Positions 53,279 through 63,906 of a stretch of 64,000 bases of DNA are shown here, one piece after another. The position numbers were made by a program, and so were the translations under genes. Numbering within the stretch: the first letter of the stretch is position 1; each line of letters opens with the position of its first letter. This DNA comes from Gemmatimonadota bacterium. Lineage in GTDB: Bacteria; Gemmatimonadota; Gemmatimonadetes; Gemmatimonadales; GWC2-71-9. Below the pieces are notes generated by a model. The model worked only from the letters and a program-made list of their open reading frames with translations, ran no database searches and was not told the DNA's origin. The stretch lies in NCBI GenBank assembly GCA_003221035.1, contig QHUB01000020.1, positions 8,751-72,750 on the forward strand, read 5' to 3'.

Positions 53279-56200
53279 ATGAAACTGTCCGAAACCGCCA
53301 TTCGCCGCCCCGTGCTCGCGAGCATGCTCTCCGGGGCGCTCGTGCTCTTCGGCTTCATCGGCTACACGCGACTCTCGGTGCGCGAGCTGCCCGACATCGA
53401 TCCCCCGGTCATCTCGGTCACGACGGTGCTGCCCGGCGCGAACGCCCAGGTCGTCGAGACCGCGGTGACCGACGTGCTCGAAGAAGAGCTCTCGACCATC
53501 CAGGGCATCCGGACGTTGAGCAGCCAGTCGGCGGAGCAGACGAGCAACATCACGCTCGAGTTCACGCTCGACCGGCCGGTGGACGTGGCCGCGCAGGACG
53601 TGCGCGACAAGGTGTCGCGCGTGCGCGGACGGCTGCCGATCGACGTGCTCGAGCCGGTGATCGCGAAGCAGTCGGCGGATGCGCAGCCGTTCTTCTGGCT
53701 GGCGCTGTCGAGCGACAACTACGACCTGATGCAGCTGTCGGACGTGGCCGATCGGTTGGTGAAGGCGCGGCTCCAGAGCCTGCCGGGCGTCGGCAGCGCC
53801 CAGATCTTCGGCGAGCGGCGCTACTCGATGCGCGTCTGGGTCGATCCCGAAGCACTCTCGGCGCGCGGCATGACCGTGCAGGACATCGAGAGCGCGATCG
53901 CCTCGCGCAATGTCGAGATCCCGGCAGGTCGAATCGAGTCCACGCGCCGCGAATTCTCCGTCCGCTCCCTCGGCGAGCTGAAGACGCCGCAGGAGTTCGG
54001 CGAGATGGTGGTCGCCGGCCGGGGCACCCAGCTCGTCAAGTTGAAGGACGTCGCGCGCGTGGAGCTCGGCCCTGAAGACGATCGCTCGATCTTCCGGTGG
54101 TCGGGACATCCGTCCGTCGCGATCGGTGTCGTCCGCCAATCGAAGGCGAATCTGATCGACGTGGCCCGGCGCATTCGGGAAACGCTGCCCAGCATTCAGC
54201 AGACGCTGCCGACCGGCGTCAAGCTCGAAAGCGCGTATGACGGCTCCTTGTTCGTCACGCACTCGATCGACGACGCGAAGCTGACGCTGCTCATCGCGGC
54301 GATCCTGGTCGTGCTGATCATCTTTGTGTTCCTGCGCAACGTCCGCGCCACGATCATCCCGGGACTGGCGATCCCGGCGTCGATCATCGCGACGTTCGCG
54401 ATCATGTACTTCCTGGGATTTTCGATCAACAACTTTACGCTGCTCGCGCTGACGATCGCGATCGGCATCGTCGTGGATGACGCGATCATCGTGCTCGAGA
54501 ACGCGTTCCGGCACCAGGAAGAGCTGCACGAACAGCCGGAACAGGCGGCGGTGAACGGAACCAACGAAATCGGGTTCGCCGTCATCGCGACCACGATCGC
54601 GCTCGTCGCCGTGTTCTCACCGCTCGCGTTCCTGACGGGCACCGCGGGCCGATTGCTCAGCGAATTCGGCATTGCGGTCGCCGGCGCCGTCGTGATCTCG
54701 GGTTTCGTTGCGCTGACGCTCACGCCGATGCTCTGCGCCAAGATCCTGCGCATGCAACAGCAGCACGGCCGGTTCTTCGAGATGTTCGAGAGCGGGTTCA
54801 AGGCGCTCTCGGAACGGTATTCGCGGCTGCTGCGTCGCGCGGTCGAACACCGTGCCGCCGTCCTGCTCGGCACGGTGGTGGTCGTGGCGGTTTCGGTATT
54901 CCTGTTCATGATATTCCCGGCGACGCGGCTGCAGAATGAGCTGATCCCGGAAGACGATCGCGGCTTTTTCCTGATCGTCGTACGCGGGCCGGAAGGTGCA
55001 TCCCTGCCGTACACCGACAGCTACGTGCGCCAGGTCGAAGGAATCCTTGGACACACGCCCGGCGTGCGAGGGTACTTCACGATCGTCGGCGGATTTGCGG
55101 GTGGCGTGAACAGCGCTTTCGTCGGCGTCATCATGGAGGATTGGGGCAAGCGCCCGCCGGTGGCACGGACGATCGGCGGGCTGTTCCCGCAACTCATGGG
55201 GATCCCCGGAGTCCTGGCGTTCCCATACGCGCCCGGCGCGATCGGGTTCGCGCAGCCGATTCAGTTCGTCGTGCAGAACCCCGACTTCGCGAAGCTTACC
55301 GAGATCATGGGGCCGTTCGTCGGCCGGGTCTCGCAGATCAAGGGTCTCGCGAACGTCCAGACCGACCTGTTCGTGAACAAGCCCGAGCTGCGCGTGACCT
55401 TCGACCGCGACCGTGCGGAGGATTTGGGCGTGCCCGTCCGCGACGTCGCAAGCGCGCTGCAGACGTTCCTCGGCGGCCGCCGCGTCAGCACGTTCACGCG
55501 CAACGACAAGCTGTACTACGTCATGGTGCAGCTCGATCCCAGGGATCGCGCGACGCCGAGCGACATGCGGGGCATCTACCTGCGCGGCAAGAACAGTCAG
55601 CTGGTGCAGCTCGATGCGCTGGCCAACGTGCAGGAAGGCGTCGGCGCCCGGCAGATCAACCACTTCAACCGGATTCCCGCGTTCACGCTGTCGGCGTCGC
55701 TGATGCCGGGGCTCGCGCAGGGCGAGGCGCTCGACTCGATCGATGCGGTCGCGAAGCAGCTGCTGCCGCCCGGGACCACGACGGCGCTCTCCGGAGAATC
55801 GCGCGAATATAAGGAGAGCGGGAGCGCGATTTACTTCGCGTTCGTGATCGCGCTGATCGTGGTGTTCATGGTGCTCGCTTCGCAGTTCGAGTCGCTGCTG
55901 CACCCGTGGACGGTGCTGCTGGCCGTGCCACTCGCCGTCACCGGCGCGCTGGCCACTCTGAAATTCGCCGCGCTCATCCATCGGTCCGGGGCGACGATGA
56001 ACCTCTACAGCCAGATCGGGATGATCCTGCTGATCGGACTGGTCTGCAAAAACTCGATTCTGCTCGTCGAGTACACGAACCAGCTGCGAGAAAAGGGACT
56101 CGACGTCATCGATGCGGTGCTCGAGGCCGGCCGGATCCGCTTGCGCCCGATTCTCATGACGTCGGTCGCGACGATCATGGGCGCCGTGCCGGTCGCCTGG

Positions 56201-56383
56201 GGCGTCGGCGCCGGCTCCGCTTCCCGCAAGCCGCTGGGCTACGCGATTGTCGGCGGCGTGTTCTTCTCGACCGCACTCACGCTGTTCGTCGTGCCGGTCG
56301 CGTACGTGGTCTTCGATTCGATGGTGCATCGTGTCCGCGAACGCCGCGGTCGGCTGGTGCCCGTCGAAGAGGAGGGCGACTGA
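53279..56383 (+). CDS. RND efflux permease (AcrB/AcrD/AcrF family)
   Basis: GIVVDDAIIVLEN, ALTLTPMLC, KNSILLVE and RLRPILMT; 1034 aa. Confidence 0.96.
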   Translation: MKLSETAIRRPVLASMLSGALVLFGFIGYTRLSVRELPDIDPPVISVTTVLPGANAQVVETAVTDVLEEELSTIQGIRTLSSQSAEQTSNITLEFTLDRPVDVAAQDVRDKVSRVRGRLPIDVLEPVIAKQSADAQPFFWLALSSDNYDLMQLSDVADRLVKARLQSLPGVGSAQIFGERRYSMRVWVDPEALSARGMTVQDIESAIASRNVEIPAGRIESTRREFSVRSLGELKTPQEFGEMVVAGRGTQLVKLKDVARVELGPEDDRSIFRWSGHPSVAIGVVRQSKANLIDVARRIRETLPSIQQTLPTGVKLESAYDGSLFVTHSIDDAKLTLLIAAILVVLIIFVFLRNVRATIIPGLAIPASIIATFAIMYFLGFSINNFTLLALTIAIGIVVDDAIIVLENAFRHQEELHEQPEQAAVNGTNEIGFAVIATTIALVAVFSPLAFLTGTAGRLLSEFGIAVAGAVVISGFVALTLTPMLCAKILRMQQQHGRFFEMFESGFKALSERYSRLLRRAVEHRAAVLLGTVVVVAVSVFLFMIFPATRLQNELIPEDDRGFFLIVVRGPEGASLPYTDSYVRQVEGILGHTPGVRGYFTIVGGFAGGVNSAFVGVIMEDWGKRPPVARTIGGLFPQLMGIPGVLAFPYAPGAIGFAQPIQFVVQNPDFAKLTEIMGPFVGRVSQIKGLANVQTDLFVNKPELRVTFDRDRAEDLGVPVRDVASALQTFLGGRRVSTFTRNDKLYYVMVQLDPRDRATPSDMRGIYLRGKNSQLVQLDALANVQEGVGARQINHFNRIPAFTLSASLMPGLAQGEALDSIDAVAKQLLPPGTTTALSGESREYKESGSAIYFAFVIALIVVFMVLASQFESLLHPWTVLLAVPLAVTGALATLKFAALIHRSGATMNLYSQIGMILLIGLVCKNSILLVEYTNQLREKGLDVIDAVLEAGRIRLRPILMTSVATIMGAVPVAWGVGAGSASRKPLGYAIVGGVFFSTALTLFVVPVAYVVFDSMVHRVRERRGRLVPVEEEGD

Positions 56384-57681
56384 TGCTGGCGTTGTTGCTC
56401 GCTCTGCAGGCACCGCTCGCCGCGCCCGCACTCGACCAGGACACACTCCCGCGTGTCTCGCTGACCGAGGCATTGCAACGCGCCGCTCGGCTCGACCCGA
56501 ATTACGTGGCCGCACAGGGCCAGATCGACAACGCGCAGTGGGCGCGGCGCAACGCGTTCCTCGTGTTCGTCCTGCCGTCGGTGACGATCGGCACGTCGAT
56601 GCAGCGCTCCGATCCGCCCACGTTCCTGTTCACCGATACGCTGGTGCGGACCAAAACCCTGTGGACGGCCAATCTCGTCGCGCGCTACGACCTGTTCACG
56701 GGCGGGCAGAAGCTCGCCGAGCTGTCGCGCTCCGCCGCGGCGCTCACCGCCGCACATGTCGATGAGCTGCGCCAGCGCTTCGTCACGGCGGAGCTCACCG
56801 AGTCCGATTATTACGCGGTCCTGGCGGATGTCGAGCTCGATCGAGTTGCCCGCGATCGTCTCCAACGCGCGCAGGAGCAGCTCGCGGTAGCGCGCGCGCG
56901 CGTCCTGTCGGGCGCGGCCGTATCGACCGATTCGCTGAACTTGCGGCTCGAGCTTGCGCGCTCGCAGGTGGGGGCGCTCCAGCAGGCGTCGGCGCTGCGG
57001 ATCTCGCGTCTCCAGCTCGGGCGCCGGGTGGGTGCCGCCGGGCCCGTCGATGCGGTGCCGCTCGATACGGCACCGGCGCCGGACCTGCCGGTCACACTGG
57101 CCGACGCGATTTCCGAAGCGGCCGTGCAGGGGCCGGACTATCGGATCGCGGCGGCAAACGAGCGTGCCGCGAGTGCCGCCTACCGCGCGGAGCTGGGCAA
57201 CTACCTGCCGCGCGCGACGCTCACGTTCAGCTCGAATACGCTCGACCAGAAGTTTTATCCGTCGCTGTTCAACCAGACGAGCCTGATCCTCGGGATTTCG
57301 CTGCCGATCTGGAACAACGGGCAGCGCGAGCTGAACCTCACGCGCGCGAAAGTGATCAAGGACGTTGCCCGGGCGACGCGCGAAGACATGGACCGTGCCG
57401 TGCAGCACGACGTGAGCGCGTCGTATGATGCCTACGAGACCGCGCGGGCAACCGCTACGCTGGCGCGCGAGGCCGTGTTGATCGCGCGCGAAAACTTTCG
57501 CGTCCAGCAGACGCGCTATTCCGCCGGCGCGACGACGATTCTCGACCTGATCACCGCCCAGGTCGCGCTTTCCAACGCCGAAGGCGAGCGCGTGTCGGCC
57601 GAATACGGGACACGCCTCGCCCTCGCCGGACTCGAGACCATATTGGGCCGTCGACTCTTTAGCGACAGAGGAACACCGTGA
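56383..57681 (+). CDS. TolC-family outer membrane efflux protein
   Basis: TGATG overlap start; signal peptide; LTEAL..A, YDLFTGG, LPIWNNG and RYSAGATTILDL. Confidence 0.9.
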   Translation: MLALLLALQAPLAAPALDQDTLPRVSLTEALQRAARLDPNYVAAQGQIDNAQWARRNAFLVFVLPSVTIGTSMQRSDPPTFLFTDTLVRTKTLWTANLVARYDLFTGGQKLAELSRSAAALTAAHVDELRQRFVTAELTESDYYAVLADVELDRVARDRLQRAQEQLAVARARVLSGAAVSTDSLNLRLELARSQVGALQQASALRISRLQLGRRVGAAGPVDAVPLDTAPAPDLPVTLADAISEAAVQGPDYRIAAANERAASAAYRAELGNYLPRATLTFSSNTLDQKFYPSLFNQTSLILGISLPIWNNGQRELNLTRAKVIKDVARATREDMDRAVQHDVSASYDAYETARATATLAREAVLIARENFRVQQTRYSAGATTILDLITAQVALSNAEGERVSAEYGTRLALAGLETILGRRLFSDRGTP

Positions 57682-58844
57682 TGTCGTACCGCAGACTCGC
57701 CGTACTCGTCATCATCGCCGCCGCCGCCGTCGCTCCCGCCTGCAGCAAGGCCAAGGGCGGCAACCCCGGTGCGGGCGCAGGCGGGCCGGGTGGAGGCATG
57801 CCGCCGATGCCCGTCGAAGTCGCCGCCGCGTTGCGGGACACGGTTGTGGATGCGATCGCGGCGGCCGGCCAGATCGAGGCAATCCAGTCCATCGACGTGC
57901 ATCCGGAAGTGCAGGGCCGGATCACGGGAATCCTCGTGGCCGAAGGACAGCAAGTCGCCGCGGGGACACCGCTCTTCAAAGTGGACGACGCCGAGCTGAA
58001 GGCTCAGGTGGAGCAGGCCGATGCCGAGCGCCAGCTTGCCACCCAGGCACTGGAGCGGACCAAGCAGTTGATCGCGCAGAACGCGTCCTCCACTTCCGAT
58101 CTGGAACAGGCGCAGGCCAAAGCGAAAGGCGCCGAGGCGAGCTACGACCTGCTCAAGACACGGCTCGATCGCACGGTGGTGCGCGCCCCGTTCGCCGGGC
58201 TGGTGGGCCGGCGGCTGGTCAGCATCGGCGCGTATGTCAGCTCACAGACCGCGCTGACCTCGCTGCAATCGGTGAATCCGCAGTACGCCAGCTTCCAGGT
58301 GCCGGAGCGCTACGCCGACCGGCTGCGTCGCGGCCAGCTGGTGAGCTTCCAGGTCGCCGCGCTTCCGGGCAAGAACTTCTCCGGTGAAGTGGTATTCGTG
58401 GATCCGGTCGTCGAGCTGCCGGGGCGCACTATCCTGATCAAGGCGCGCGTCCCGAATCCCGAGCATCAGCTCCAGGCCGGCATGTTCCTCGAGGCGCGGC
58501 TCGCTACGGAGATTCGCCCCAACGCCGTCGTCGTGCCCGAAGACGCGCTGCTGCCCATGCAGGGGGCGACGTTTGTCTGGGCCGTGAAGGACGGCAAAGC
58601 GGATCGCCGACAGGTGTCGGTCGGGGTACGCACGGCCGGCTGGGCAGAGCTGCAGAGCGGCGTCGAAGCGGGTGAGCAGGTGGTGGTCGGGGGCGCCGAG
58701 CGTCTGTTCCCCGGCGCCAACCTGATGCCGCAGGTCGTGGAGCGCCACCGCGGCGCGGCCACCGGGCAGGAATCGAGCTCCGCGACGACGCGTCCGGCTG
58801 GCGGGGGCGGAAGCACCGCCAAGCCGGATTCGACGAAGCGCTAG
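57678..58844 (+). CDS. RND periplasmic adaptor (MFP) lipoprotein
   Basis: APAC lipobox, GRITGILVAEGQQV, VRAPFAG, LQAGMF and VVPEDAL. Confidence 0.94.
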   Translation: MMSYRRLAVLVIIAAAAVAPACSKAKGGNPGAGAGGPGGGMPPMPVEVAAALRDTVVDAIAAAGQIEAIQSIDVHPEVQGRITGILVAEGQQVAAGTPLFKVDDAELKAQVEQADAERQLATQALERTKQLIAQNASSTSDLEQAQAKAKGAEASYDLLKTRLDRTVVRAPFAGLVGRRLVSIGAYVSSQTALTSLQSVNPQYASFQVPERYADRLRRGQLVSFQVAALPGKNFSGEVVFVDPVVELPGRTILIKARVPNPEHQLQAGMFLEARLATEIRPNAVVVPEDALLPMQGATFVWAVKDGKADRRQVSVGVRTAGWAELQSGVEAGEQVVVGGAERLFPGANLMPQVVERHRGAATGQESSSATTRPAGGGGSTAKPDSTKR

Positions 58845-61234
58845 CGGACCGGCCGCTCCGGCAGCGGCTGCAGCTGCGTCTCGGTGTTGCGGAAAACCGA
58901 CTGCGCGATCTGCTGCGCGCGGGCGGCGAGCGCGCTCTGCGACGTCTGCAGCTGCTGCGCCATCGCGTAGTACGTCAACCCATACAGCGAGAGAATCCCT
59001 TCCGAGGGCTTGTCCACCCAGCCGCGCGGGCGCTGGCGCGCGGCGGCATCCGAATGATAGACGTCGAACAGCAGCCGCGTCGTCCTCGGCATGTTCACGT
59101 AGCCGTACGACTGAACCGGCTTGATGCTGTCGTTCGGCGCGAGCTCCTGCGTGCGCAAGGCGCGCGCGAAGCCCTGTCCCTCGAGATGACTCGTGAGCCC
59201 GAACTGATCGGCGTACAATCCCACTGTCCGAGAGAAGTAAATCGGCCGCTTGCCGATCTGGTCCTTGATCACCTGGAGCACGATGACGTCAGCCCGCTCG
59301 ACATAGGGCTTTCCGAGCATTTGCGGATCGAGCGTGACGTCGATTGAGCCGAGGTGCGCCACGCGCTTCTGGTCGAGGATGTAGTACTGCTCGAGGCCTG
59401 CCAGCTGCTCGTCGGAGAAGCTCATCAGCCTGCCTTCGGGCTTCGGCCACTGGCGGCCGCGATAGATGGCCGGGGCGTTCGCGCTGTCGAACGTCGCCAG
59501 CGGCCGGCGTTGCAGCTGCCGGACGTACCAGTCGGTGTTGGCGAGCGACAGGTTGACGATCGTCACATCCTGGCGGATGTGCTCGACCTCCTGGGCGTAC
59601 CACAGGGGGAAGGTGTCGTTGTCGCCCGCGGTCACCAGCACGCCGTACGGCTCGACCGACTGCAGCAGGTCGAACGCGAAGTCGCGTGCGAGTGTCTCAC
59701 CCTTGCGGGGCGCCGTGAGGTAATTGCCGAACAACGGAATCAAGGCCAGCGCGAGAATCGGCGAGCCGTAGATCCAGCGACGGCGCTCGTCGGGTTGGCG
59801 CTCGCGGAACCAGTCCGCCACGCCTTCGAGCATCCACGCCAGACCCATCGCGACCCAGATCCCCCAGAGCGCGAACGACACCATGAAGAAGTAGTCGCGC
59901 TCGCGCACCTCATGCGCCGCCAGTCCTTGCTCGCCGTGCAGCGAGTAGCCGTATTTGAAGTTGAGATAGAACACGAGCGCCAACGTGAAGAAGAACACGA
60001 GCGCGGTCATCGCGATCGCCGTCCGGCGGTCCGCGCGCCAGTGCCGGATCGCGCCCCCGAGGCCGAGGAACGCAAACACGACCGCGAGCAGGCGCTGTAC
60101 GCGATCGGACCAGTCGTGCGCGAACTGCCAGCTGAAATACTGCGCATAGTTGACGAGCTGAGCCCAGTACAGCACGGCCGTGTGGCCGGTGTTGCCGGGG
60201 CCCGGCGGCTGCGTCGGATTGTCGAAGATGGGCGGCTTGCCGTATTGCTGGCGCGAGAGCACGGCCCAGAACGCCTGCCAATTCGTCGGCTCACCTTCGT
60301 TGATGGGCGGGAAGAAGTGCGCCCGAATCGGCAGATACGCGTAGACCGAGAGGCCGACGACCGCGACGAGCAGCGCCGCGACGGCGAACGATGCGTTGCC
60401 GGCCATGATCGCGAACACGAGTGCGCCGGCGAACAAGATGCCCGCCGCGGCGATGAACTCCCAATGCTCGAGCCCGAGCGACAACAGCAGCGCCCAGACC
60501 CCGAAGAAAATCAGGAACTGCGACCACTCGACGGTGCGCTCGGCATCGGTCCGCGGACGATCCTTGCGGAGCGGCGGATACAGCAGCACGCCGACGACCG
60601 GTCCCACCAGCACGCCCATCATGTGATTCGTCGCGGTCAGCGCCAGCAGATAGATGATGAGCAGCAGGTAGTGATCGTGCGCTTCACCGGCCGGCTGGTC
60701 GTCCCAGCGCACGATGAGCCAGAGGATGAGCGCGATGGACAGCAGGCTCAGCGTGTACACCTTCTCGTTGACGACCGACTGATTCCACACCGTGAACACC
60801 GTCGCCGAGACCAGCGCGCCGGCGAGCGCCGCCGCGCGCCGCGCCCACAGCACCGTCACGAACGACCGCAGCCACCGCTCCGCGACCAGGAACCAGCACG
60901 CCGCCGAGACCGCGCTCGTCACCGCGGCGAACAGGTTGATGCGCGCCGCGTAGCCCACCATGAACGGCAGCAGTCCAAAGACGTGCGCGACCAGGACGAA
61001 CAGCGGGTTCCCGGGCGGATGCGGAATGCCGAGCGTGTACGCGGCGGCGATGTACTCCGAGGTGTCCCAGAACTGCGTCGTGGGGGCGAGCGTGAGGATG
61101 TAGAGGATGAGCGCGCCGACGAAGACGCCGGCCGCCATCACATACGGCGGGTTCACGGGGCCGGACTGCGCGGTGCGCGTGAAATCTGGCTCGCGACTTG
61201 GCGCCGTGGCTCGGTTCGGATAGGTCGTCGTCAT
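58841..61234 (-). CDS. DUF2723/TMEM260-like polytopic membrane glycosyltransferase
   Basis: TLAPTTQFWDTSEY, GIPHPPGNP, EKVY, YLPIRA, ERDYFF and GDNDTFPLWYAQEVE. Confidence 0.88.
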   Translation of the reverse strand: MTTTYPNRATAPSREPDFTRTAQSGPVNPPYVMAAGVFVGALILYILTLAPTTQFWDTSEYIAAAYTLGIPHPPGNPLFVLVAHVFGLLPFMVGYAARINLFAAVTSAVSAACWFLVAERWLRSFVTVLWARRAAALAGALVSATVFTVWNQSVVNEKVYTLSLLSIALILWLIVRWDDQPAGEAHDHYLLLIIYLLALTATNHMMGVLVGPVVGVLLYPPLRKDRPRTDAERTVEWSQFLIFFGVWALLLSLGLEHWEFIAAAGILFAGALVFAIMAGNASFAVAALLVAVVGLSVYAYLPIRAHFFPPINEGEPTNWQAFWAVLSRQQYGKPPIFDNPTQPPGPGNTGHTAVLYWAQLVNYAQYFSWQFAHDWSDRVQRLLAVVFAFLGLGGAIRHWRADRRTAIAMTALVFFFTLALVFYLNFKYGYSLHGEQGLAAHEVRERDYFFMVSFALWGIWVAMGLAWMLEGVADWFRERQPDERRRWIYGSPILALALIPLFGNYLTAPRKGETLARDFAFDLLQSVEPYGVLVTAGDNDTFPLWYAQEVEHIRQDVTIVNLSLANTDWYVRQLQRRPLATFDSANAPAIYRGRQWPKPEGRLMSFSDEQLAGLEQYYILDQKRVAHLGSIDVTLDPQMLGKPYVERADVIVLQVIKDQIGKRPIYFSRTVGLYADQFGLTSHLEGQGFARALRTQELAPNDSIKPVQSYGYVNMPRTTRLLFDVYHSDAAARQRPRGWVDKPSEGILSLYGLTYYAMAQQLQTSQSALAARAQQIAQSVFRNTETQLQPLPERPVR

Positions 61235-61246
61235 AGGCCCAGTAAT

Positions 61247-62788
61247 CTAGTGGCGGAACTGCCGCATACCGGTCAGGATCATGGCAAGGTCGAGCTCGTC
61301 GGCGGCCGCGATCACCTCGGTGTCGCGGACCGACCCCCCGGGCTGAATGATGGCCGTAACGCCTGCCGCGGCCGCTTCCTCCACGCCATCCCGGAAGGGA
61401 AAGAAGGCGTCGCTGGCCAGGACCGTCCCGCGCGTCTCGTGGCCCTGCTGCTTTGCCTTATGGACGGCCAGAAATGAGGAGTCCACACGGCTCATCTGGC
61501 CCGCGCCGATCCCGATGGCGGCCTCGTCGCGCACCAGCACGATCGCGTTGGACTTGATCGCGCCCACCGCCGCCCAGGCGAACCGCAAGTCGTTCCATTG
61601 CGCATCGGTAGGCCGCCGCGTCGTGGCGACCCGCCATTTGGACTCGTCGGCGACTTCGCTGAAGCGGAAGCGGTCCTGCGCGAGGAAGCCGCCCCGCACG
61701 CGCTTGAAGTCGAGCGTTGCGTCATTCGTGGGGCGGGGGAGCTCGACCACGCGCAGATTTTTTTTCGCCTGAAGGACCGTGAGCGCTTCGGCGTCTACCC
61801 GCGGCGCCACCACCACCTCCACGAACAGGTCTCGCATCGCCTCGGCGGCAGCCCGGTCGATCACCGTGTTGAACGCGATGACCGAACCAAACGCCGACGT
61901 CGTATCGGTCGCCAGCGCGCGCTCGTAGGCGTCGGCGGCGTTGCGGCCGAGTGCGATGCCGCACGGCGTGGTGTGCTTGATGATGACGCAGGCCGCGCGC
62001 GACTTGTTGTTGTGCCAGGGCGCGATCGCCATGACCGCCGCGTCGACGTCGAGGAGATTGTTGAACGACAGCTCCTTGCCGTGGAGCTGATGCATGTCGC
62101 GGATTCCCGGCTCGTCCGTCGCGTAGAGCGCGGCGCGCTGGTGCGGGTTCTCGCCGTAGCGCAGCGGCTGCTGCCGGCGCAGCACCACACTCAGCACCGG
62201 CGGCAGCGACTCCTGTGAGCGCGACAGATAGCCGAGGATCGCGGCGTCGTACGCGGCGGTATGGGCGAAGACTTTCGCGGCAAGCGCCTGCCGCTCGTTT
62301 GCCGCAATGCCGCCGTCCGCGAGGCGCGTGATGATCGAGGGATAGTCGTCGGGATCGACCACGACGATGACCGATGCGTGATTCTTGGCGGCCGATCGCA
62401 GCATCGACGGGCCGCCGATGTCGATCTGCTCGATCGCTTGCGCGAATGTCGTCTCCGGTTTTGCGACAGTCTGCTGAAACGGATAGAGATTGACGGCCAC
62501 GAGATCGATCGGCGTGATGCCGTGCTGCTTCAGCGCGGCGAGATCGTGCTGGTTGTCGCGCCGCGCGAGCAGGCCGCCGTGCACCTTGGGGTGCAGCGTC
62601 TTCACGCGGCCGTCCATCATCTCGGGAAAGCCCGTCACCTGATCGATCGGGATGACCGGAATCCCCTCGCGCGTGAGCGCCTCCGCCGTCCCGCCGGTCG
62701 ACACGATTTCCCAGCCGAGGCGCACGAGGTCTCCGGCGAATTGAACGACGCCGCGCTTGTCCGACACCGAGATCAGCGCTCGACTCAC
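61247..62788 (-). CDS. purH: Bifunctional AICAR transformylase/IMP cyclohydrolase
   Basis: [40 protein letters not shown] and ASDAFFPF; GTG start at 62788. Confidence 0.97.
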   Translation of the reverse strand: MSRALISVSDKRGVVQFAGDLVRLGWEIVSTGGTAEALTREGIPVIPIDQVTGFPEMMDGRVKTLHPKVHGGLLARRDNQHDLAALKQHGITPIDLVAVNLYPFQQTVAKPETTFAQAIEQIDIGGPSMLRSAAKNHASVIVVVDPDDYPSIITRLADGGIAANERQALAAKVFAHTAAYDAAILGYLSRSQESLPPVLSVVLRRQQPLRYGENPHQRAALYATDEPGIRDMHQLHGKELSFNNLLDVDAAVMAIAPWHNNKSRAACVIIKHTTPCGIALGRNAADAYERALATDTTSAFGSVIAFNTVIDRAAAEAMRDLFVEVVVAPRVDAEALTVLQAKKNLRVVELPRPTNDATLDFKRVRGGFLAQDRFRFSEVADESKWRVATTRRPTDAQWNDLRFAWAAVGAIKSNAIVLVRDEAAIGIGAGQMSRVDSSFLAVHKAKQQGHETRGTVLASDAFFPFRDGVEEAAAAGVTAIIQPGGSVRDTEVIAAADELDLAMILTGMRQFRH

Positions 62789-63906
62789 CAATCCTCCGCC
62801 ACGGCGCGCACCAGATCGGCCAGGCTCACCAGGTCCTTCAAGTCCACGACCTCCGCGGGGGAATGCGAGTATCGCAGCGGCCACCCCATCGGAACGTCCA
62901 CGACGCCGAATGGCATAAACGTCGAGCCATCGTTGCCGCCGTTCGTCGTGCCGATCTGGAGCGCGATGCCGCGCGCGCGGGCGATCGCGGCAAGCGAATC
63001 CACGTATGCCGGCGGCGTGATCGAGGAGTTGTCGAGTGCGCGCGCGACCGCGCCCCGGCCGAGCGGCGCGACGGCAAAGTTCTCGAGCTCGAGCGGCGAA
63101 TCGGCGGACACGAATGTGTCGATCGCGTGCACACGCCGCGCCGTGGTGCCGAGCTGGCGCGCCACGGCGGCGGCGCCCTCCAGGCCGATCTCTTCGCGCG
63201 TGCTGAAGACAAAGATGACGGGATGCTTGACCTTGCTGCGATCGAGCCGGCGCAGCGCGAGAATCAGCGCCGCGCAGCCCATGCGGTCGTCGAAGGAGCG
63301 GCCGGTCGCGCGCGTACCGGCGAGTCTCACGTACTGCTTGGGCATCGTGACCGTCTGGCCGACCTTCACGCCCAGCGATTCGGCGCCGGCGCGCGTGGTG
63401 GCGCCCACGCCGGCGCGGAGCGGCGGCGGCGTGCGACGCGTCAGGCCAGTGTCCCGCGGCAGGAAGATGCCGGGGATGTCGGCGCCGCCGGTGTGAATCA
63501 GCGCAGGTTGGCCTTCGAACAGCGAGAGAATGAACCCGCCGCGCGTGCGCAGACTGAGCGTGCCGTCGGCGTTGATCGTGTCGACGCGGAATCCGATCTC
63601 ATCCAGGTGGGCGACGATGACGACCGGCCCCCCCCCGTCGCCCTGGCCGACGCGCACCCAGAGATTGCCCGCGGTGTCGGTCTCCTGCTTCGCCCAGCTC
63701 GGCAACAGTCGCTGCACCGTTGCGCGGACAGGCGCCTCCAAGCCTGACACGCCGTAGCTCTCCACGAGCTGGGAGAGGACGGACTGCGCTTCGGAGATCC
63801 GGCTCGAATCCTGGCAGGCAAGTCTGCACGTCGGCACGACGGCAAGAAGACCAGCAACGCCGAGCGCTCGTGCCGACCTGCCGACGTGCCGACGTGTACT
63901 GGTCAT
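62785..63906 (-). CDS. M42 family metallopeptidase, exported
   Basis: VSGLE, AHLDEIG, FDDRMG, TREEIG, GGND and RYSHSPAE; ATGA overlap with the upstream gene. Confidence 0.9.
   Translation of the reverse strand: MTSTRRHVGRSARALGVAGLLAVVPTCRLACQDSSRISEAQSVLSQLVESYGVSGLEAPVRATVQRLLPSWAKQETDTAGNLWVRVGQGDGGGPVVIVAHLDEIGFRVDTINADGTLSLRTRGGFILSLFEGQPALIHTGGADIPGIFLPRDTGLTRRTPPPLRAGVGATTRAGAESLGVKVGQTVTMPKQYVRLAGTRATGRSFDDRMGCAALILALRRLDRSKVKHPVIFVFSTREEIGLEGAAAVARQLGTTARRVHAIDTFVSADSPLELENFAVAPLGRGAVARALDNSSITPPAYVDSLAAIARARGIALQIGTTNGGNDGSTFMPFGVVDVPMGWPLRYSHSPAEVVDLKDLVSLADLVRAVAEDW
63816..63896. repeat. Inverted octamer tandem arrays in signal-peptide-coding DNA
   Basis: AGGCAAGT CTGCACGT CGGCACGA CGGCAAGA ... 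TGCCGACC TGCCGACG TGCCGACG; 63826-63839 pairs with 63868-63881 at 13/14. Confidence 0.7.

Noticed and set aside
53279-58844. Permease-TolC-MFP gene order as a novelty
   Set aside because: RND operon order is variable and all three components look canonical.
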